A stretch of DNA of 64,000 bases from Candidatus Colwellbacteria bacterium CG10_big_fil_rev_8_21_14_0_10_42_22 (GTDB taxonomy: Bacteria > Patescibacteriota > Minisyncoccia > UBA6257 > Colwellbacteraceae). The notes beneath the pieces are model-generated. The model worked only from the letters and a program-made list of their open reading frames with translations. It made no database searches and was not told where the DNA came from. Positions 28,064 through 38,010 of the stretch are shown piece after piece; within the stretch, counting starts at the first letter, position 1; each line of letters starts with the position of its first letter. The position numbers and the translations under genes were made by a program. Location: assembly GCA_002773725.1 (NCBI GenBank), contig PFAH01000008.1, positions 2,654 to 66,653 of the forward strand, in the 5' to 3' direction.

Positions 28064-28170
28064 ATATAGGGCGCTCACTCAACACAGAGGCTTAGGAGGC
28101 CACCATGTCCGCTCCATATCACAGCCCTTAACAGCCCTCAATATTTGAGGGCTGTGATATTCTTATATAT
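28064..28170 (+). promoter_or_regulatory. structured leader upstream of murB with nested inverted repeats and an 8-codon upstream ORF
   Basis: TGGAGCGG...CCGCTCCA stem (28066-28118). It encloses AGGAGG-5nt-ATG TCC GCT CCA TAT CAC AGC CCT TAA (MSAPYHSP). The duplicated arm CACAGCCCT/CAGCCCTCA can pair either way with TGAGGGCTGTGATAT (28116-28160). The structure ends 10 nt before the murB ATG. Confidence 0.45.
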
Positions 28171-29238
28171 ATGGAGTTTCGAGAGAACGTATCGCTTGCT
28201 GAGTATACGACTATGAAAGTCGGTGGTCCCGCGCGTTATCTTGCGTGCATCGGGAATGAAAAAGAGCTAGTAGAAGCTCTGGGCTTCGCCAAAGAAAAAG
28301 GATTATCCGTGATAGTTATCGGCGAAGGTTCAAATACTATATTTGCAGACAAGGGCTACGACGGTTTAGTGATTATTAATAGAATCAAAGGAATTGAGGT
28401 CTCTGAAAAAGAAGGCAGTTTTTCAATAAGAGCGGGTTCGGGTGAGAAGTGGGACGACGTTGTTAAGAAGAGTGTTGATCTAAGCCTTACAGGGATGGAA
28501 GCTCTATCCTTAATTCCGGGAAGCGTGGGGGCGGCACCTGTTCAAAATATAGGAGCTTATGGCCAAGATATATCTGGAGTTCTGGAAAGTGTCGAGGTCT
28601 ATGACGAGACTAGGCAGAAATTTGAAATTATAAGTCGGGAAGAATGTGGGCTTGGGTACAGAACCAGCATTTTCAAGTGGGGGCATCCCGACTATGAAGA
28701 AGGGAGATATATTATTACGGCCGTTACTTTTCGGCTCAAAAGAGGATTTCTAGAACCTCCTTTCTACAAGGACATAGAAGCATATTTGAAAGAGAATAAT
28801 ATTTCTGAATATACGCCCGCCAATATTAGAGAAGCAGTTTTGCAAATACGGACTAAAAAGTTACCAGATCCTAAAAAGGCTCCTAATAGCGGCTCTTTTT
28901 TTCGTAACCCGATTGTCTCCAAAGAAAAATTCACCCAGATAGAAGAAGAGGAACCTTCTATAAACGAGGTACCCGAGGGGTGGTCTCAGCCTCCGCGTTG
29001 GATATTGCCTGACAGCTCTGTAAAAATAGCGGCCGGTTGGCTTCTTGAGCAAGTTGGCTATTCTGCCTATTACGATAAGGCAACGGGGATGGAGACTTGG
29101 CCAACTCAAAATCTAACCCTAGTTAATAAGAGCGCAAAATCTGCTGAGGATGTCATTAAGTTCAGGGACGTCATAGTTAATAAGGTTAAAGATAAATTCG
29201 GAATCGAACTTGAAGAAGAAGTAAGGGTAATAGAATAA
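28171..29238 (+). CDS. murB: UDP-N-acetylenolpyruvoylglucosamine reductase
   Basis: 355 aa; FAD-binding N-terminus YTTMKVGGPARYL...VIGEGSNTIF, and the C-terminal MurB domain AAGWLLEQVG. Confidence 0.88.
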   Translation: MEFRENVSLAEYTTMKVGGPARYLACIGNEKELVEALGFAKEKGLSVIVIGEGSNTIFADKGYDGLVIINRIKGIEVSEKEGSFSIRAGSGEKWDDVVKKSVDLSLTGMEALSLIPGSVGAAPVQNIGAYGQDISGVLESVEVYDETRQKFEIISREECGLGYRTSIFKWGHPDYEEGRYIITAVTFRLKRGFLEPPFYKDIEAYLKENNISEYTPANIREAVLQIRTKKLPDPKKAPNSGSFFRNPIVSKEKFTQIEEEEPSINEVPEGWSQPPRWILPDSSVKIAAGWLLEQVGYSAYYDKATGMETWPTQNLTLVNKSAKSAEDVIKFRDVIVNKVKDKFGIELEEEVRVIE

Positions 29239-29244
29239 ACGAAG

Positions 29245-30546
29245 ATGAAGGGAAAGATAAAAAACTTTAAAGAACTGGCGAACACCGACTTAAGGCGCAC
29301 CCTTTTAGAGGTTGTAGAGGTCGGTCTTGAGGCGATAGATACGTCTGATGTGATTAGAGAAGATATTGTTTTGGAGGGAGATATGTTCACAATCGGAGAT
29401 AACAAATATTCTCTGAAAGACATCGAGAATCTCTATGTGATTGGGGCCGGTAAGTGCGTTCTTGAGGCAACGGAAGTTTTGGAAGAAGTTTTGGGGGATC
29501 GTTTGATGGGTGGTTTTGTGGTGGACGTCAGCGTCCCGAGAAAACACAAGCTCAAGAAGATAAAATGCTCCGAAGGAACGCATCCTTTACCATCATCAGC
29601 TAATGTTAGGGCGTCTGGTTATATACAAAAACTTTTGAAAGATACGACCGAAAAAGATATGGTAATTTTTGTTATCTCTGGGGGTGGGTCTACTCTTTTG
29701 TGCCTACCAGAAAAAGGTGGTGATTGTAAAACAGAGGCGAAGATTCTAAAAACGCTTTCTAGCAAAGGAGCGAGTATAGAAGAAATCAATACTTTGCGTA
29801 AACACATGTCTTTGGTTAGGGGAGGGTTTTTGGCGAAGCACGCTTATCCGGCTAAGGTGGTGAGCATTATTTTGTCTGATGTTCCGGGAAATGATTTAGA
29901 ATTTATAGCTTCTGGTCCGACGGTTAAGGACAGAACAACAGTTCAAGATGCGGAAGAAATTATAAAAAAATACGATTTACTCAAAGACGTTAAGCCCCAT
30001 ACGCTTAAATTGATTGAGACACCGAAGGAGGATAAATACTTCAAAAATGTAGACAACATAATGTTCGTATCTAATCAGCGAGCATTGAACGCTATGGCTC
30101 AAAAGGCGAAGGATTTGGGCTATAGGTCGGAAATAATAACAACAGCTATGACAGGAGAGGCGAGAGATGTAGCACAAGATATTGTCAAAGAACTACATAA
30201 GAAAGAATCGGGAACAGTTCTACTATATGGTGGAGAGACAACGGTTACTATTAAGGTTAAGGGTAAAGGTGGTCGCAATCGGGAACTTGTCTTGTCGGCT
30301 CTACTTACAATTGGGGAAGGTGAGGTTTTGGCATCTGTTGCATCTGACGGTAGGGATAACAGCGAATATGCCGGAGCGATTGCAGACGTTGAAACGCTTA
30401 CTCATGCCAAAGCCAAAGAGTTAAACGTTCTGTGGTATCTAGACAATAATCAGTCAGATAAATTCTTTAAAGAGACAAAGGACTATATAATGACAGGAGA
30501 TACTGGTTCAAACGTTTCGGATCTGGTCATAGCAATTAAGAAATAA
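29245..30546 (+). CDS. glycerate 2-kinase (MOFRL family)
   Basis: 433 aa; DUF4147-like N-terminus and MOFRL C-terminus. LYGGETTVTIKVKGKGGRNRELVLSALLTI...ASDGRDN matches the GckA/TtuD family. Confidence 0.75.
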   Translation: MKGKIKNFKELANTDLRRTLLEVVEVGLEAIDTSDVIREDIVLEGDMFTIGDNKYSLKDIENLYVIGAGKCVLEATEVLEEVLGDRLMGGFVVDVSVPRKHKLKKIKCSEGTHPLPSSANVRASGYIQKLLKDTTEKDMVIFVISGGGSTLLCLPEKGGDCKTEAKILKTLSSKGASIEEINTLRKHMSLVRGGFLAKHAYPAKVVSIILSDVPGNDLEFIASGPTVKDRTTVQDAEEIIKKYDLLKDVKPHTLKLIETPKEDKYFKNVDNIMFVSNQRALNAMAQKAKDLGYRSEIITTAMTGEARDVAQDIVKELHKKESGTVLLYGGETTVTIKVKGKGGRNRELVLSALLTIGEGEVLASVASDGRDNSEYAGAIADVETLTHAKAKELNVLWYLDNNQSDKFFKETKDYIMTGDTGSNVSDLVIAIKK

Positions 30547-30549
30547 TTA

Positions 30550-32985
30550 ATGAGAAATAAAAAACTAATTTTGGATTTAGAAAAGGTGGGACTGAAAGAC
30601 GTTGCGTTAGTGGGCGGTAAAAATGCTTCTTTAGGGGAGATGCTCCAGAAACTCACGCCCAAGGGAGTGGCTATACCGTCGGGCTTCGTGGTAACGGCTG
30701 AAGCATATAGATATTTTCTTAGAGAGACGAAATTGGACTCCTTCATAAAAGAATCTTTAAAAGGTTTAAACACACACAATGTTCGCGATTTAGCTGTTGT
30801 AGGTAAGAAGATCAGAGAAGCGATTGTGAATGCTGAATTTCCAAAAGAATTGGAGTTAGAAATAGAAAAAGCATATAAGGGTTTGGAAAAGAAATATGGT
30901 AAAAACATTGACGTAGCAGTTCGTTCTAGCGCGACAGCCGAAGACCTGCCTGGTGCTAGTTTTGCCGGTGAACACGAAACATATCTTGGCATAAGAGGGG
31001 TTGAAGACGTGACAAGGGCCACTCGCTCGGCCATGGCTTCTCTTTTTACAAACAGAGCTATTTCTTACAGGGTGGACAAAGGTTTTGGTCATACTAAAGT
31101 AGCGCTTTCAGTCGCTGTCCAGCTAATGGTTCGTTCAGATTCGGGGGCGTCTGGTGTCATGTTCACGCTTGATACAGAATCCGGCTTTAAGGATTTGGTT
31201 TTGATTAATGCCGCTTGGGGTCTTGGAGAGATGGTGGTGCAGGGGAAGGTGAATCCAGACGAATACTTAGTAGCTAAGAAAAACTTGGGGAGTGTTCCTA
31301 ATCCAGTCATCTCAAAATCTTTAGGCAGTAAAGATCGCAAGATGATATATGCGAAGGGCAAGAAGGGGATTCGTCCGGTTAAGGTTGTCCCCACATCCCC
31401 GAAGGAACGAAATAGTTTTGTATTAAGCGAGAAGGAGATTTTAACTCTTGCTCGATGGGGAGTTGAGATAGAAAAGCATTATTCTAAAAAATACGACAAA
31501 TGGACGCCCATGGACATGGAATGGGCCAAAGATGGACGGACCGGCAAGCTATTTATTGTACAGGCCAGACCGGAAACTATTCATGCTGGTCGGGATTTCA
31601 CAAAGGTTCACGAATATATACGCCTTGAAGACGGTAAACTTTTGACTCAGGGGGTATCTGTGGGTAGCAAGATAGCCGTTGGTAAAGCTAGGGTTATTTT
31701 AGATGCAAAGGACATTCATAAATTTAAGGCCGGTGAGGTGTTGGTAACCGATATGACTGACCCCGATTGGGAGCCGATTATGAAGATCGCTTCAGCCATC
31801 ATTACGGATAAGGGTGGGCGCACTTCTCATGCGGCTATTGTCAGTCGAGAGCTTGGCATACCGGCCGTAGTGGGATCTGGTAACGCCACTAGAAAAATTA
31901 AAACGGGTCAGGATGTGACAATTGATACAGTTGGTAGCGACGGCTTGGTTTTTCAGGGGCTCCTTAAATTTAAGGTCAGGGAACGCGATTTAAAGACGAT
32001 TCCCGAGACCAAGACCAAAATAATGATGAATATTGGCACGCCCGAAACCGCTTTTGAAAAATCTCTCCTACCGAATAAGGGCGTAGGGTTGGCGCGAGAA
32101 GAGTTTATTATCGCTTCTGAAATTGGTATTCATCCGATGGCTCTTATCAACTACAAAAAATTATCCACCCCCCTTAAAAAGAAGATAGATGCCAAAAGTT
32201 TGGGTTGGGAAGATAAGAAACAGTTCTATGTCGATAAACTGGCTTATGGAATTGCTAAAATAGGCACAGCTTTTAATCCGCACCCCGTCATTGTTAGGTT
32301 TTCAGATTTCAAAACCAACGAATATCGCACCCTCTTGGGAGGAGAGCTTTATGAGCCGATAGAGCAAAACCCGATGATAGGTTGGCGGGGCGCCTCTCGC
32401 TATTATCACGAGAATTTTAAAGAAGCTTTCAAATTAGAGCTCCTTGCCCTCAAGAAGGTTCGTAACGAGATGGGCCTCAAGAACGTAATACCGATGGTGC
32501 CGTTTTGTAGAACTCCGAAAGAGGGGATTGCGATTCTCAAATTAATGAAAGAAGCGGGATTGAAACCCAAATATTTTAATAAAGACAAAGACACCCTACC
32601 TAACCGACAGACAGACATGCCGGTCTATGTTATGTGCGAGATTCCTTCGAATGTTATTAATGCCGAAGAATTTTTAGATATATTTGATGGAATGTCTATT
32701 GGCTCCAACGATCTTACGCAATTAATTCTAGGACTGGATAGAGATTCTGAAATTGTGAGCGGTGTTGGCAACGAGAAAGACCCAGCTCTTAAATCAGCTG
32801 TAGCGGATATTATTAAAAAGTGTAAGAAACGGGGTAAATATATAGGTATTTGTGGACAGGCGCCGTCCGACTATCCCGACTTCGCCGCCTTTTTAGTAAG
32901 CGAGGGGATAGAGAGCATGTCTTTGACCCCGGATACGGTCGTTGAAACCACTATCGCAGTCGCTAAACAAGAGAAGAAAAAGTAG
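30550..32985 (+). CDS. ppsA: phosphoenolpyruvate synthase (pyruvate, water dikinase)
   Basis: 811 aa with an ATP-grasp N-terminal domain. The phosphohistidine domain is GGRTSHAAIVSRELGIPAVVG. The C-terminal PEP-utilising TIM barrel contains MIGWRGASRY and CGQAPSDYPD. Confidence 0.9.
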   Translation: MRNKKLILDLEKVGLKDVALVGGKNASLGEMLQKLTPKGVAIPSGFVVTAEAYRYFLRETKLDSFIKESLKGLNTHNVRDLAVVGKKIREAIVNAEFPKELELEIEKAYKGLEKKYGKNIDVAVRSSATAEDLPGASFAGEHETYLGIRGVEDVTRATRSAMASLFTNRAISYRVDKGFGHTKVALSVAVQLMVRSDSGASGVMFTLDTESGFKDLVLINAAWGLGEMVVQGKVNPDEYLVAKKNLGSVPNPVISKSLGSKDRKMIYAKGKKGIRPVKVVPTSPKERNSFVLSEKEILTLARWGVEIEKHYSKKYDKWTPMDMEWAKDGRTGKLFIVQARPETIHAGRDFTKVHEYIRLEDGKLLTQGVSVGSKIAVGKARVILDAKDIHKFKAGEVLVTDMTDPDWEPIMKIASAIITDKGGRTSHAAIVSRELGIPAVVGSGNATRKIKTGQDVTIDTVGSDGLVFQGLLKFKVRERDLKTIPETKTKIMMNIGTPETAFEKSLLPNKGVGLAREEFIIASEIGIHPMALINYKKLSTPLKKKIDAKSLGWEDKKQFYVDKLAYGIAKIGTAFNPHPVIVRFSDFKTNEYRTLLGGELYEPIEQNPMIGWRGASRYYHENFKEAFKLELLALKKVRNEMGLKNVIPMVPFCRTPKEGIAILKLMKEAGLKPKYFNKDKDTLPNRQTDMPVYVMCEIPSNVINAEEFLDIFDGMSIGSNDLTQLILGLDRDSEIVSGVGNEKDPALKSAVADIIKKCKKRGKYIGICGQAPSDYPDFAAFLVSEGIESMSLTPDTVVETTIAVAKQEKKK

Positions 32986-33053
32986 AAAATAGTCGCAACC
33001 CCGACCTGGGTCGGGACGCTCAAAATTTTAATTAAAACAAGTTTTAAAAAATT

Positions 33054-34061
33054 ATGGCGAATATAGCGTTTTATGGAGTTAAACCATGGGGACAAGAATA
33101 TCTTAAAAAATACCTTAAGGGGCACAAGCTTTATTTTCACGAGGAACATATAGACGAAGAACATCCGCCGACTGAAAAAGATATTGATATACTCTCTGTT
33201 TTTGTTGGCTCTAATGTAACGGCAGAGGTGATAGGTTCTTTGCCGAAACTAAAGTATATAACAACTCGTTCAACGGGCTTTGACCATATAGATCTTAAGG
33301 CATGTGAAGAAAGAAAAATTTTAGTTTCGAATGTACCCTCTTATGGAGAAAACACGGTAGCCGAATATGCTTTTGCTTTGATCTTGGTTTTGTCCAGACG
33401 CATCTACGATGCCTACGAACAAGTGCGAGAAGAAGGAGATTTTAGCTATGACAACCTGCAGGGATTCGACTTAATGGGCAAAACTTTAGGGGTTATAGGA
33501 ACAGGTAGAATCGGTAAACATACGGCTCGCATTGGAAAAGGTTTTGATATGGAAGTTTTGGCGTACGATGTTTCTCCCGACAAGAAATTTGCCAGAAAGA
33601 TAGGCGTTAAGTATGTATCCCTGGAAAAGCTTCTCAAAGAAAGCGACATTGTTTCTCTCCACGTCCCATACATGAAAGAGACCCACCACCTAATCAATAA
33701 AGAGAAAATAGCACTGATGAAAAAGGGTTCATATCTCATTAACACCAGTCGTGGAGCAATAGTGGATACGCAGGCCTTAGTTGGGGCATTAAAGAGCGGT
33801 CTTTTGGCTGGGGCCGGACTGGATGTATTTGAGGAAGAGGAGGCCGTTAAGGACGAAGCGAGCTTCTTGTCAGCGAAAGACACCACCGACCACGACCTGC
33901 GTAACGTGATAGCAGATCATATCTTAGTAGATATGCCCAACGTTATTGTTACCCCCCATAACGCCTTCAATACCAAAGAAGCGCTTGAACGCATATTGGA
34001 TACCACTGTTGAAAACGTAAACAAGTTTCTCAAGAGAAAGCCCCAGAATATAGTTAATTAA
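33054..34061 (+). CDS. D-isomer-specific 2-hydroxyacid dehydrogenase (hydroxypyruvate/glycerate dehydrogenase-like)
   Basis: 335 aa; NAD-binding GVIGTGRIGKHTARIG. Catalytic R/E/H blocks are NTSRGAIVD and TPHNAF. Confidence 0.85.
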   Translation: MANIAFYGVKPWGQEYLKKYLKGHKLYFHEEHIDEEHPPTEKDIDILSVFVGSNVTAEVIGSLPKLKYITTRSTGFDHIDLKACEERKILVSNVPSYGENTVAEYAFALILVLSRRIYDAYEQVREEGDFSYDNLQGFDLMGKTLGVIGTGRIGKHTARIGKGFDMEVLAYDVSPDKKFARKIGVKYVSLEKLLKESDIVSLHVPYMKETHHLINKEKIALMKKGSYLINTSRGAIVDTQALVGALKSGLLAGAGLDVFEEEEAVKDEASFLSAKDTTDHDLRNVIADHILVDMPNVIVTPHNAFNTKEALERILDTTVENVNKFLKRKPQNIVN

Positions 34062-34069
34062 AGATGTCT

Positions 34070-34132
34070 TCCGCCTAAGGCGGATGCTTATAGTTTTAAC
34101 TAAAATAAATCTTAGAAGACAATGGCAAAAAT
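34070..34132 (+). repeat. copy B of the ~64-nt intergenic module
   Basis: TCCGCCTAAGGCGGATGCTTATAGTTTTAACTAAAATAAATCTTAGAAGACAATGGCAAAAAT, near-identical to 17025-17088. It runs into the eno start codon. Confidence 0.85.
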
Positions 34133-35279
34133 ATCCGACATCAAGGCCTCTAAAATTTTAAATTCGCGAGACGACTGGACAATCGAAGTCGAACTTTTTT
34201 TGGATGATGGCGTTAGCGTTAAAGCATCTGTTCCGGAAGGAAAAAGTGACGGCTCGCACGAAGCTGTTTCGGCAGATGTCGAAACGGCGATTTATAATAT
34301 CCATAAAGAAATTCTACCGACCCTACGTGGTCTTGAGGTATCAGACCATTTGGCTCTAGATAACAAACTTATAGAATTAGATGGGACGAATAACAAATCT
34401 CGTCTTGGGGCAAATGCTATCTTAGCTGTCTCTATCGCTTCGTTTCGGGCTTCTGCTCAATCGAGGGACAAGCCCATTTGGCGATACATCAAAGAAGTTA
34501 GCGGGCTTCAATCATTTGGCTCGACTAAAATATATGCAAATTTAATTAATGGCGGGAAACATGCTGGAAACAATTTAGATATTCAAGAATATTTGGTTAT
34601 TCCAAAGACGGAAAACATCAAAGAAGCGGCCGATATTATAAGTCGTATATATCACAATCTCGGCACTATCTGTATTGAGAAATACGGAGAGTCCGCGACA
34701 TTGGTTGGAGATGAAGGAGGGTATGCCCCATCTCTTGATAACAACCTTATCCCCCTTAAATTAATTAAAGAGGCGGCTGGTGATTTTGAGATAGATTTGG
34801 GCATAGATGCCGCTGCTAGTGGTATTAACATGAGTAAGGAAAAATTAATGAAGATATATCGTGAGATGGTTAGCGCCTATAACCTTTTTTATTTAGAAGA
34901 TCCTTTTAACGAAGAGGATTTTCCGGCATTTAAAGAAGCGCTACTCGAATTTGGTGAAGAAGTGGTGGTAACGGGAGATGATTTGACCGTGACCAATACA
35001 GAGCGTATGCGCATAGCTAAGAATCACAAGAGCATTAATGGAATCATCATCAAGCCCAATCAGATTGGGACGGTCTCAGAGGCGATTAGGGCTGTTCAAA
35101 AGGCGCGGGAGTATGGTTGGTCTGTGATTGTATCCCACAGATCTGGCGAAACTAACGACGACTTTATAGCCGATTTTGCCGTAGGTGTCGGAGCCGATGG
35201 TGCCAAGATTGGAGCACCAGCGAGAGGGGAAAGAATTGCCAAGTATAACCGTCTTCTAAAAATTGATGAAGAAAAATAA
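34122..35279 (+). CDS. eno: enolase (phosphopyruvate hydratase), short form
   Basis: 385 aa; ILNSRDDWTIEVEL...SVPEGKSDGSHEAV...LDGTNNKSRLGANAILAVSIA and C-terminal IKPNQIGTVSEAI...SHRSGET enolase blocks. Confidence 0.82.
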   Translation: MAKISDIKASKILNSRDDWTIEVELFLDDGVSVKASVPEGKSDGSHEAVSADVETAIYNIHKEILPTLRGLEVSDHLALDNKLIELDGTNNKSRLGANAILAVSIASFRASAQSRDKPIWRYIKEVSGLQSFGSTKIYANLINGGKHAGNNLDIQEYLVIPKTENIKEAADIISRIYHNLGTICIEKYGESATLVGDEGGYAPSLDNNLIPLKLIKEAAGDFEIDLGIDAAASGINMSKEKLMKIYREMVSAYNLFYLEDPFNEEDFPAFKEALLEFGEEVVVTGDDLTVTNTERMRIAKNHKSINGIIIKPNQIGTVSEAIRAVQKAREYGWSVIVSHRSGETNDDFIADFAVGVGADGAKIGAPARGERIAKYNRLLKIDEEK

Positions 35280-35340
35280 TTAGCAAAAGTTATTAGACCT
35301 TTATCTAACCACAAATTAGTTTCATAATTCTTTTATACAC

Positions 35341-36681
35341 ATGAACAATAATGAAAGTGTGCCGGTGAATGGTAAAGAGATTTTTCCGAAAAAGAAGTTT
35401 CTTTTTGTTTCTCTAGAGAGTTTAAGTGGCGACCTTGCTTGGACGTTGGTTAAAGAAGGCCACGAAGTCAAGTCATATATAAAATCGCCAGAAGACGAAG
35501 GCGTTTATTCGGGATTTTTTGAAAGAGTTCCGACATGGAAAGAACATGTGGATTGGGCAGACGTCGTTATATTCGACGACGTTGAGTTCGGTTTAATTGC
35601 AGATAATCTTCGTAAAAAAGGAAAGCTTGTAATAGGCGGATCCGAGTATACAGATCGGCTTGAAATTGATAGAGAATTTGGACAGGCCGAACTTAAACGT
35701 CACGGGATTAATGTTCTTCCAAGTTGGCAATTTACCAACTATGACGAGGGGATTAAATTCGTCAGGGAGAACCCCGGGAGATATGTTTTTAAACCCGGCG
35801 GGAATACTCCGTCCAGCGGTAAGGGAATGTTGTTCCTAGGGCAAGAAGATGATGGTCGAGATATTCTTGAGTTGCTTGAGCAGAACAAGTCGGTTTGGGA
35901 GAAACATACACCCGTTTTTCTTCTCCAGAAGTATATTTCGGGAGTAGAGGTGGCAGTCGGCGCATTCTTTAACGGACACGATTTTATATATCCGATTAAC
36001 GTTAATTTTGAGCATAAACGTACTTTTCCGGGGGATATTGGTCCCTTTGCCGGGGAGATGGGAACCCTGATGTATTGGAGCGAGCCGAATAAACTTTTTA
36101 AGGCAACTTTAGAGAAAATGCATCCAGCTCTTAGAGAATCGGGTTATGTAGGATATGTAGACATTAACTGTATTGTGAATCATAGAAGTATTTACCCTCT
36201 TGAATTTACATCCCGTTTCGGCTATCCGACTACCTCTATTCAGCTCGAAGGAATCATGACCCCAACCGGTGAGTGGCTTTATAAAATGGCGATGGGTGAG
36301 AATTTTGATCTCAAAACAAAACGGGGATTTCAAATTGGCATCAGAATATTAGTCCCATCATATTTCGCGTCCGACAGGAAAGCCGAGATAGTTCAAAGAT
36401 ATAAAGATTTAGCCATTACTTTTAAAAATCCGTTAATGAAAGAAGGCGTTCATATAGAAGATGTTAGAGATGATAATGGAGTATGGAGAGTTGCCGGATG
36501 TTCCGGAGTGGTTTTGATTATCACCGCTAGCGGAACAACTGTTGAGGATACAAGGCGTTTGGTCTATAACAGAGTCCAAAACGTAGTTATTCCCAACATG
36601 ATTTATCGTACTGATATTGGGGCTAAATGGCCGATTGATAGCGACAGATTACAAACTTGGGACTATCTTAAACTGGCCTAA
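35341..36681 (+). CDS. purD: phosphoribosylamine--glycine ligase (ATP-grasp)
   Basis: 446 aa. It aligns block by block with E. coli PurD: FKPGGNTPSSGKGMLF/IKADGLAAGKGVIV, GDIGPFAGEMGTLMYWS/GDKDTGPNTGGMGAYSP, EFTSRFGYPTT/EFNCRFGDPET, VVLIITASGTTVEDTRRLVYNRV...RTDIG/RVLCVTALGHTVAEAQKRAYALM...RKDIG. Confidence 0.8.
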   Translation: MNNNESVPVNGKEIFPKKKFLFVSLESLSGDLAWTLVKEGHEVKSYIKSPEDEGVYSGFFERVPTWKEHVDWADVVIFDDVEFGLIADNLRKKGKLVIGGSEYTDRLEIDREFGQAELKRHGINVLPSWQFTNYDEGIKFVRENPGRYVFKPGGNTPSSGKGMLFLGQEDDGRDILELLEQNKSVWEKHTPVFLLQKYISGVEVAVGAFFNGHDFIYPINVNFEHKRTFPGDIGPFAGEMGTLMYWSEPNKLFKATLEKMHPALRESGYVGYVDINCIVNHRSIYPLEFTSRFGYPTTSIQLEGIMTPTGEWLYKMAMGENFDLKTKRGFQIGIRILVPSYFASDRKAEIVQRYKDLAITFKNPLMKEGVHIEDVRDDNGVWRVAGCSGVVLIITASGTTVEDTRRLVYNRVQNVVIPNMIYRTDIGAKWPIDSDRLQTWDYLKLA

Positions 36682-36690
36682 TCTCTACGA

Positions 36691-38010
36691 TTAAATTTTA
36701 TAGGTCGGAGCTATCGGTTTAATAAAATCGTTCGCGAGAGCGTATGTATAAGCGCCCTGGAAGGGAATAACCATAACATCCCCCTCCTTGATTTTGTTTG
36801 CGTAGCAGTAAAATCCCCATATGTCATACGGAGTGCATAGATTTCCGTATAGGGTAAACTTCCTTTCTCTATGGGAGGGGTTTGTAAAATTGATAACTGG
36901 TGAATAATAATCTTCATATTTTTCCCAAACGCCAATCAAATTGGTGCCACCGTCAGCAATGCCGAAATTTTTATTTTTCAAATCTGCTAGACGTACGACT
37001 ATATGCATTGAACGTTCTGCAACCATTCGTCCCGGTTCGCACATATAAGTACATTGAATTAGCGGATCAAGATATTCTTTGCAGGCGTCGCTGATGCCCT
37101 TGGCGAACTCCATAGGAGTTTCTGGCTTTAGGGGGTAGTATTTTTCATTAAAATCTGGATGTAGATTGTAATATTCATTGGCGGTCTGGATAATACGTCC
37201 TTGAGGGGTCGTCCAAGGGTACTCTGCCTCCAACAAAGAAGGCGAGAACCCTCCACCAAAATCAAAGAACTTAATTTCCTCTAATTCCTGCGAGCTGAAT
37301 TGTTTACGCAGGTAGTTTGCGATTTCGATAATCATTTTTTGATAAGGTTCCGCCGATTGATTGAAACTAATGTGACATTGCAGACCCGATAAATTAACAC
37401 CTGGATATTTTTTTGCCTCCCGCCAAAAATTTGCTAGATCTGTAAGCGGTATGCCAAATTTGTGCCAATCCCCATGATGCCCAGTAGAAACCCTAATACC
37501 GGCTCTAATCTGTTGATTCTTATTTAATGTTTGACCTAATTTCTTAAGTTCTCCGAAGCTGTCTAGGTGAATAATTGTTTTACGACGGTTGGTAATAGCT
37601 GTTCTTAACTCCAAACTACTTTTAGCCGGCCCCGAGAAGATTATTTTTTCAACACCGTGCTTTATAGCCAGTTCCAACTCTTTACCGCTGGATACATCAA
37701 GCCCGAGGCCATTCTTAACCACTTCTTTCAAAAGAAAGTCGTGGTCATTCGCTTTAACGGCATAGTATATTTGAAGCCCCGGCATTCTTTCTTTAAAGGC
37801 GTTTGTGAATTCATCAATACTTTTTTTAACTTCCCTCTGATCAAATACATAAAAGGGTGTTTGATGTTTTTTCGTTAGGGCTAATATACTGGCACGTTTT
37901 TTAAGGGCAGATTTGACAGTTGGTAGGAGGTTGCCGGTAGCAGCCCTTACCGGTTCAGCAAGGACCTTGTTTACTATTGCTTTTTGGGCTTTAAGATTTT
38001 TTGAGATCAT
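36691..38010 (-). CDS. PLP-dependent decarboxylase of the Orn/DAP/Arg decarboxylase family (alanine-racemase fold)
   Basis: 439 aa; TPFYVFDQREV...YYAVKANDH...GLGLDVSSGKELE and the C-terminal beta-barrel block GAYTYALAN. Confidence 0.75.
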   Translation of the reverse strand: MISKNLKAQKAIVNKVLAEPVRAATGNLLPTVKSALKKRASILALTKKHQTPFYVFDQREVKKSIDEFTNAFKERMPGLQIYYAVKANDHDFLLKEVVKNGLGLDVSSGKELELAIKHGVEKIIFSGPAKSSLELRTAITNRRKTIIHLDSFGELKKLGQTLNKNQQIRAGIRVSTGHHGDWHKFGIPLTDLANFWREAKKYPGVNLSGLQCHISFNQSAEPYQKMIIEIANYLRKQFSSQELEEIKFFDFGGGFSPSLLEAEYPWTTPQGRIIQTANEYYNLHPDFNEKYYPLKPETPMEFAKGISDACKEYLDPLIQCTYMCEPGRMVAERSMHIVVRLADLKNKNFGIADGGTNLIGVWEKYEDYYSPVINFTNPSHRERKFTLYGNLCTPYDIWGFYCYANKIKEGDVMVIPFQGAYTYALANDFIKPIAPTYKI

